Below, piece after piece: positions 23,502-31,570 of a stretch of DNA of 35,054 bases (position 1 is its first letter; the number at the start of each line of letters is the position of its first letter). A program made the position numbers and the translations under genes. The notes below the pieces were generated by a model. It was not told the DNA's origin. It worked only from the letters and a program-made list of their open reading frames with translations, and ran no database searches. This DNA comes from Folioceros fuciformis (taxonomy: Eukaryota), in assembly GCA_049999805.1 (NCBI GenBank), contig JBNGIO010004918.1, forward strand, positions 1 to 35,054. Reading direction: 5' to 3'.

Positions 23502-23992
23502 AGGTTCTTTCGATTGAAGGCGCCCTGTCATCAACTCTATTGGCATGAGGCCAGTGTGAGAATAGGTTGCGCCTAGCACGGTTGTCCAATGCCCCATTGC
23601 CACTATATTGCCTTTGTGATCCTCTCGTTGGCATCCTTTGTCTGGGACTCATAGACATAGCTGAGTAGAGGTTCATGTTCCGCGGAGTCCTGGTAACTGA
23701 TGCAGGGACATCGGGTAAGGGCAACACTTTAGAACCTGAATGTTGCAGACTTCACCATATTCCTACATAGCAATTCTCGTGTCACAGCTCCAGACAAAGA
23801 ATCGTATGATTGTGCACAATGAAGATCTTACCGCAAACTGTACCTTGGCGCGATGAGATTAAAGCCGGCTAGCCGGCGTGACCCGAAGGTTCCATCGTTG
23901 GATTCAGATGGCGACTCTTCCTCCTGTGGGTTTCACGTAGGGCACCAGCCAGCCGGTGCCCATCCTCGTGGAGTGCATGGAATCCTAGTCAC

Positions 23993-24440
23993 CCCTTGGA
24001 TGCCCCACCTCGCTTAACACTAGGTAGTATGGGGTTTGTTTAGAGATCATGCCTATGGTATATTAACACACATAGAGGAGACTGACGATTTTTGCCATTG
24101 TCTTCTTACAGCAACTCAAAAATATTGAGTACTTATCGAAGTTGCCAGATGCTTTCCAAAACTTCGTTTTCAAAGTGAATAACTAGAAGGGCCTCGAGAA
24201 CGAGCAAAGGGCATTGATGAACAAGAATTTAGAGGATGGGTTGCTTCCTTTCCTGTTCCCTGACACAAATCAATTAATGATTCCAAACAAATCTTTTGTG
24301 GTGATTACCCAAATACAAAAGAAGCGGCATATACATCGAATACTTTGAGAATTAAGATGTATCTATGGGGAGTACAATACAAAAGTGCACTAAGATCATG
24401 TGTAGGTGAGCCATATAAGATTATTTTAAATTTCCAGTAG
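23993..24440 (+). pseudogene. 3' part of the decayed plus-strand gene, ending in an AP2-like DNA-binding domain
   Basis: VVWGLFRDHAYG...LIEVARCFPKLRFQSE*LEGPRERAKGIDEQEFRGWVASFPVP*HKSINDSKQIFCGDYPNTKEAAYTSNTLRIKMYLWG...IILNFQ* follows the AP2 pattern (KG...WVA...I(F/W)xGx(F/Y)...EAA...LNF). Confidence 0.55.
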
Positions 24441-24766
24441 AAATATATTTTTTAGATAATATGTGCAACGAAAATGTGTTACACATAAAAGACATTGATG
24501 CATATAATCACTATTTATTAGACGACGCATCTTTATTGTCAAACGTAATACGACGATGCCGTAAAAACAAAAACTAAGTTAATGCAATAGACAACAATAC
24601 ATCTTTGAGATTTATGGTTTATTTTTAAAGTTAAATAAACTAAACAGTTGATGGGCATTAAAAGTTTGGTTGCTCCAAAGAAAATGGGTCTTCCTTGCCG
24701 CTCTAAGACACTAAATCTAGCTTGACGAGCATTTGCTTCTGCCTTGTTCTTAAGTTATTGCATGCA

Positions 24767-25015
24767 TTAAATCTAAATTCAACATTGTTAGAACATTATG
24801 AGTTCTTTTTTGTTGTTGTTGTTGTTGTTTTTATGTATAATCCCAATGGCTAGTTTTTTGAGCTATGTTTGCTCTTGTACGATTTGCAAATTAAACCTCA
24901 ACCTTTTGTTGTTAGACCTTCATGAGTTATTTCTTTTTTTATTGTGGGTTCAAACATGATAGCTATTTTTCTAGCGATGTTTGCTCTTTGTATCATTTGT
25001 AAAATAAACCTCAAG
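24767..25015. repeat. Diverged ~120-bp tandem duplication containing a (GTT)n microsatellite
   Basis: gttaga.c.t..atgagtt...gcta.ttttt..agc.atgtttgctctt...atttg.aaa.taaacctcaa occurs twice; the (gtt) run is near 24812-24829. Confidence 0.6.
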
Positions 25016-25239
25016 GTATTATTAGAAAGAAAAATCATTCATGGAATTTTTTCACTGTACCTGAGTGCAAAATTGTGACGACAGTTGTGTTATACTAAGC
25101 ACTCACTTAGTTCAAAAAAAAAAAAATCTCTCTTCAAACTACTATGTTTTAGAATCCTGTGCCTCGGCTTCAATGTCTTGTCCAATCCTAGCTTGAGGGA
25201 AGCTAATCCAGCTTGTTTGATTGCTAATTGAGCTAGAGC

Positions 25240-25360
25240 AAATCACGTCACATTAACACGAAATTTTAACATAATTCAATTCAATTTCATGGGAATTTCA
25301 TGCAACGGCAAACCTAACCTTTTGTTTTAAAATCTTTTCCAGACATAAATAACTACGTAT
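25240..25360 (+). repeat. Diverged direct repeat, copy B (copy A at 11485-11601)
   Basis: Shares aaatcac.tcacat, aattcaattcaatttcat and aaatcttttcca.acataa with copy A. Confidence 0.75.
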
Positions 25361-25583
25361 AGGTAAGTATAAGTAAGTAAGTACATTATGCCCTTCCAAG
25401 TTAAGGCCGAGAGTAGGACTATGAGATATCTGTTTACCAGGGTAGTTCTGTGTAAAAAAATGTCAACAAGAATGGAGCAGGGCAGTAGAGGGGATCTTTG
25501 AGCTCCCCTCCATTTATCATCGAAGGTCCAGGTCGCTGCTGCTCGGAGCCTGAGCCGGAGCGTTGCTGCCGGGCCGGCCCGTC

Positions 25584-28500
25584 ATGGACTTGCTGAATGC
25601 CACGCTGAAGGAGAAGGAGCGGGAGCGCGACAAGGAGAAAGAGAAGGAGCGGGAGAAGGACAAGGACAAGGAACGGGAGAGAGAAACTGATCTTGAGGCA
25701 GCCTTGTACACTAATTGCTTGCTGCTCGGCTTGGATCCGGCCGTGCTTGGACAGGGTGCTGGGAACCGCGCCGGCCTCTTCCGCCACTCCAATCCGCGGG
25801 TCGGGGAGGCCCTCCTCCACTTTCTACTCTGCTCGCTGCGTGGCCCCACGCTCTCTGCCAAGGTGTGCAGTCCCCAGCTCGTGCTGTCTTCGGAGATCCC
25901 AGCCGCCCATGGCAGATCTCTGTTTACGACTGCATTTTAGCGAGGTTGAGGAATGCATGCAAATGCGGGCGCACCACTGCTTCGGTCTCGCTGCTTACGT
26001 TATGTCATGTGGTATATGAGCAGGATTTTGCTGGAGTTTGGCCCATCTTCGATGCAGCTCAGTCTCGAGATTTCAGAAAGGTTGTTAGTCCAGACTTCTT
26101 GCCCTTACCGGGCTGGATATTGATCTGGTCTTGTTTAGTCGGTCTACGGCTTTAGCTAACTATTCAGGTGACGGGGTTGTTGATTCGATTCATGCTGCAG
26201 ATTGTGCAAGGCCTGATCAATGATCTTGAAGCTCAAGGTGCTTTACCGCGGAGCAATTCACGTGTTTCTTCTCTGGCTACTTGTTGTGGACACAGGTGCG
26301 ATCTCTCTCTACCTAAACCTTTTGTGTTAACCAGTTTCGAAGGATGAAATAATAATCGGGGCATTTAGGTGCTGGTACTTCAGGAGCGTTGTCAAGGATG
26401 AAATTCATAAGGTTTTGGAATGATGCATTAGAATCAGTGAGAGTAAGGACTTTTGACCGCACTGTCCAAGTCAAGACATGCAGCCATACCGTTTTGGCGG
26501 CCCGCAGGTGCTGTCAGCTCATGTAATTCAGGGGCCTTTTCTCCCAGGTTCGTGGAGCTCCTGTGGCAACTTTCAGCTCATGCTCTGCGTGAAGTCCACC
26601 GCCGGAACTTTCCCTCTGATGTTGCTGCAAACCCCCTTCCAGCACCCCTCACTGAAGTGGTGTCCCAGAACTCTCACGCAGCAGCTCTTATTCCAATCAC
26701 TAAGGTGGGGTCACATTTCGTTCCAATGCATCTGTGAAAGCAGGAAAAAGGATGTGTCACTGAATGCGCATTGCTTGTGCAGGCACGAATAGCCCTTGAA
26801 CGAAGGAAGTTTCTGGAAGGAGCAGCAGCAGCGGTTCGGAGGCAGTCGCTATGGTCAAATCTTGGGAATGAATTGACTGCTGAGTATCGAGCTTTATGTG
26901 CTGAAGAGGTGATCCTCATTTCATGCTTGAAGTGAAAGTGGTTGGCTATCATTTCTTTTTTTAAATTTCCCATGCTATTTGGATTTAACTGAAACGGTCA
27001 GATGGTGGTGTACAGGCTTTTTTGAACAAAGAGCTAGAAAAGCTTCAGGAGCACGAGGGTTTGAAACGAACATCCAATGGGGTTGCAAATGGGGGACCTG
27101 CTGGTGCAGTTGAAAGGCAATTTCTCGTTGAGAAGGCGTCTGAATCGTGGGATTCCCTGCTTGCACACACAGGTATTTCTACCTTCTCAGTGAAGTTTGG
27201 CGTCTGTTGAATGGGTCTGTCATTTAAATTTAACCGTCTTGCAATGCTTCAGCTGATTGGAATGATGGATGACGGCCGAAACAGTGCTTGCTCTGGCCTT
27301 TGTTTCCTCCCTCTTTGGCTTTGCCACTTCGCTAATGCACCCTTATGTGTGCAGCATTACATGACAAGCTAGCATCGGGACCAATTGAGGATCTTATAGC
27401 ACATAGAGAGCACAGGTGCGAGTTTGCGCTTTTAAGGTTATGTGCATGGTTCTCTCAAGTGAGACATGCTGAGCTATTGGGCAAGAAGAATCTACCAGAT
27501 TCTTGTGTGTGGATTTTTGCAATTCGAGAAACTTCACATGTGTTTTTCAGTGCTGATGGTTGGTTTGCAGGTATCGGATTGATGGAGTCTTATTGCGCTC
27601 TGCAGTGGATCGAGGCCGATCTGTGGATGATGAAAGTTCAAGGGTGCAGGATGATGATCTGCCGATTAGTTCTCATGAGAGTGGATTGGAGGAAACTCGT
27701 CGGTCTGATGAAAGATACAGTAAAGGCTCACCTGCGCTGGATGTTGCTGAGATTCTTAGGCGTTGGACGCATGCTTTGCAGAGAGTCCACAAGCAAGCAC
27801 TGCGACTGGTATGGATATCTGAGTCATTATGGAATTGTTTGTTTCCATTCTTGACCTTATAGCCGATTCTACCTTCTTATGCACCCTCAGGCTAGGTTAA
27901 ACGATGGTGCAGGTCCTGAACTCCTGAAAGATCCCAGTGGAACTGGAGACATCGTGCATGCACATGCTGTCCAGGCCACCTTGGTGGAGCATAGACAACA
28001 TCTTGCAAACATGCAGGTGAGTCTTCTTTTTCTTCGCTTGTAGCAGGGAGGGGTGTAGGTTCCAAGTAGATTCCTTGCAGTTTCCTGTATCGGGTCGGCT
28101 TGAATTGTAAGCTTCAGAAATTTGAGCGGATGATATCTCACATGATTTGATTCTTTATGATACCAAGCGCAGGTTCTGATGTCTCAACTGAAAGAAGCTA
28201 TGCCTGGTATGGAAGGGGCGATAGCTGATCTTCGGCAACAAGTAAACAGTCCGCATGTTGTTGCTGCTTCCAGCATTGCCCAAGCTGTTCTTTCTGCCTC
28301 CGCGCCTTGCAAGGATGTAGGCCTTCTCAGGATAAACCCTTACGTCCTGTCAGTCACGGCATCCTTATGAATCTCTTGAAGCTGGAAGAACTAATTAATT
28401 GATGTTCTTGTACGCCGTATGTTTGCAGGATGGTCACTTGCAGCAGGCAGGTGCACCAAACTTGGCCACAATCACACAATTGGACCTGGCACCTCCCAGT

Positions 28501-29486
28501 CTGGCCTCCAAACTGCCCTTGTCTACTGGTCCCTTTTTGGAAAGGACAAGGAGTCAGCAAAGGCGTCTTTCAACTCTTTCGCAGTTGCAATCTTTGGATG
28601 TCCTACAAGAAATAGAAGCACCCGTTGTGGCGTTTGGAAATGAGGATCGGCGAGGTAGTAACTGGGCTTGCACGTCGTTCTGTAGCGCACATGAATGTGA
28701 GCGAGGGTTTATATGCCAGTGTGTGGTTGTGCAGATTCCAGTGATGAGACTATTACTGCATTGAAACAGTCTGTGCGTGCAGCAGCTCTTTCCAGATTAG
28801 CAAGAGTGCCTGATGCATCTCTTGAAGAATCAGCAACTAGTTCTGAACACTATTTCACTCCTATCACATCATTGGAAATGGTTAGTGGAGAAGATGCAGG
28901 TTTTCAGGCAGAAACTGATGTTAATGTGAGCTCTCCTGAGCAGCCAGCTCAGTGTATGGGGTCCCAAGTACATGCGAGTAAGGTTTTGGGCGAGTTCAGT
29001 GGAGCAAAGAGAACGGATGTTTCTCCAGAGAAACAATGGCACAATAATAGAGATGCAAGCCAGTGCGTGGAGGAGAATTTATTGGAAGATGATGATGATG
29101 ATGGAGGCACATGGTCAGAATTCAGGCCACCTGACCCTGAGGATATTGGGCGACCATCGTCTCCGCCTTTGCTAATGGAGCTGTCCGCTTTTGGCGACTC
29201 CTATGATGACTTGCTAGGTGTGTAAACTTCTTCCTCGGTCTGGGCCAACGCTGTTTTTTTCTGTTGTGGCAAAAGAAAAGCGGGTGCTGGACCCGCATTT
29301 CCGGGAGGGTCAACGTTGTGGACTTCGTTGATTTCCAGCTCCACTCCCTTCGCACTCTGGTTTTGTGTTGATTTTGTTGGGAAGTAGATGTACAGAACCT
29401 CAGGACAGGATTTGTGCTGAACTTTTGGTGTTGTCCTGGTGTTTGTAGCTCCCATGTCAGATTTCGATACCGAAATGATGCATTGA
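25584..29486 (+). CDS. AUG6: AUGMIN subunit 6 (HAUS6 family), ~13 exons
   Basis: Spliced motifs [143 protein letters not shown] and C-terminal [19 protein letters not shown] (last exon 29449-29486). Confidence 0.93.
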
Positions 29487-31570
29487 TTTGCGGGTGAACC
29501 GATCTTCCCAACATCTCACGCTTCATGCATGTCAGACCAACAGTGCTGGGTGTGGAGTCGCGAGCCTTCGCTGCAGGAGCTTGATTGTGGCTGACGAGTA
29601 GTGGATGTCGACTGAAGAGGTTACCAATCGTACAGCCCCTTTCAGTTCTGTTTTCCGTGTTCAAGTGAAGCTGTTGTGGTGTGACACTTACCTTGTTGGT
29701 GACTGTAGGCATTGCAGCATTCGTCGTCGAAGGCTGTGGTGAGATTCGCATGCAGGTTTTGGTTGATATTAGGCAACGCCGTCATTGGAGACAAGAGTCC
29801 TTCAGGATTACCGCAAGCCACACCAGGGATGAGCAAGAGCAAGGGTCGTTACGAGGTTTCCAATTTGAGCTGGTTGTAGTTCTTGGTTTCCGGATATCCC
29901 AACAAGCGGGTTGAGATCTGCTTAATGCACTATGTCGTTGTTGGGTGAAGATGTACTTCGGCAGGATTATGAACAAATGATATCCGCCAGTGTAATATAC
30001 CATTCGGGCGCGCCATGCTGATCAATAAGCGGTAGTGGGCGATGGCTGGCAAGATTAAAACTTGTGCTTGGCAGGATTCAGCGTTGTAACGTGCATGATT
30101 CAATCTATATGTACTCTGTTCTCGTTGATATCGAGGTGACTTTTGAGGCTTAAGTGGTGCCAAATAGGTTCCATTTGGGTGAGAGTTTGGTACTCTGATG
30201 TTGCATTTGTTTGGCTCTTCACATATATATCTGTAAAGGCTGCTGAAGGCGTGAACTCTCACAGTCCTAGCCCTGGATTGTTGGCGAAATGATGTCGAGG
30301 AGTTGGCTGTCACCATTCCATTGGTAGCAACAGCTGGGATGCTGACACTCGAAAAGGCTGGAGAAGGCACAAATATGTGCACGCTTGGGAAGCTCGCATT
30401 ACGGCAGCAACAGAGGTTAGTAAACCCTGCACGCGTGTATAAGTGAAATCCCCATAGGGAGTCGACCGCGCGCGGGTTTACCGTACTTTTAAGGTCTTTT
30501 AGTGATTCATTGCTTTCTAACCATGTAACTGATCTCAATAATGGTACTTACATTTTATTTTTAAATACATATTTTTATTATTCACACCTTTTACTATTAT
30601 TTCAAATAATTTATATTATTATATGCATTGTCTGCTATTATTTATCTTAAATACAGTATTAAACTGCCAAATAAAAGCCGCAATCTTCGGACGAGGAAAC
30701 ATTGTGCTTGCGGACTTGAGAGCTTCTTGAAACCGGGCGAGGAAACTTGTTGCGTGTGTCCAGACCTTCGGACCTTGATACCTGGAGAGGAAACTAAAAT
30801 AAATAAATAAATACCCAGAAAGGAAAATATGTATTTCATTACATTACTATTGTTGCTCCAGATCACGGTGCTCACGCACCTTGAGGGGCTTCAGGGGTGT
30901 ATTTCGGTACCTCTCTCGCCAGCGTTCTGAAAATCTTGAAGATCTGCTCCAAACGCATGCCCATCCAGCTTCACATACACCTGCGACTGCGTGAGGACGT
31001 CTATGTGTGTTGTGGGGAACCAAATGAGAAGCGAGAATTCGACGGATGTGGAACCGTGGTTGCACGTTGCATGACACGATGTAGAGACGTGAAAACACGA
31101 GAGTGTCTGCCTGCACCACCGTTCCGAAGGCATGAACGGCTTCGTTGACATGACCTTTTTACTCACGATGTCGGACAATGTCACCTCGCTGCAAGATTGT
31201 TGTGAAGCCGAGTGTAGGCTCTCCAAGGAGTTGCCTTTGGCAGGGTCCTTGTTTGCTCATGGTCGGTTGGTTCCTTGAAGTCGGGTCCGCTGGAGGTCAT
31301 CCTGTAACTCCCGTGAACTTCCTCACGGCCGTCGCTGAAGGACAGCCGTGAACCTATGGATGCAACAGACATGCACAAAGGTCGCACTTGAAGCATCTGA
31401 TGTGACTTGACAGGAGCATGATCTCATGGCCTTATTGTATTCAGAAAGGTGAGTAGTTTCCGTATGCCGGTTTGTATGCTGCTCCAACATTTGGTGTTGA
31501 AATTGTGGGAGCATGGATGCTTTGCTCCTCTTCAGCTGGATGGTAGGTTCAGTAGATTGCCTTGCCGATA

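Larger units (their letters stand above)
15983..23895 (-). pseudogene. N-terminal half of a Cys-motif transposase-like gene (Sola/DUF7869-like by motif recall), spliced and split by the Copia insertion
   Basis: Exon-like blocks 23895-23832, 23735-22645 and 22300-22295 + 16090-15983: KKYCCNQICV...R.RF...EQETFL...CCLRAFRRVFSLG...AIAWMNNAF...ERLP...LPDTYTK...FSRVKIPKSNRFS[fs]CALCARLK...EKYQATVDAHRDRLEAECAKMSKHRSKSYVYPQKYM. There are stops and a frameshift, and the catalytic core is absent. Confidence 0.65.
12866..23981 (-). mobile_element. Putative large TIR-less insertion (~4.9 kb without the nested Copia) carrying decayed DNA methyltransferase and transposase-like genes
   Basis: 11-bp direct repeat ATCCTAGTCAC at 12855-12865 and 23982-23992. 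Removing the interval puts the left acidic-repeat frame in phase with the right AP2-like frame. The internal genes are all on the minus strand. Confidence 0.55.

Noticed and set aside
12869-23988. Helitron interpretation (A|TCTATAT start at 12869, CTAG|T end at 23988, hairpin at 23940-23961)
   Set aside because: The hairpin is ~23 nt from CTAG, no Rep/helicase motifs are seen, this junction shifts the host frame out of the AP2-like frame, and it leaves the 11-bp direct repeat unexplained. Not fully excluded.
29930-30538. 202-aa minus-strand ORF between AUG6 and the PPR gene
   Set aside because: Non-ATG start, no recognisable domain and no supporting exon chain. It cannot be supported as a gene from sequence alone.
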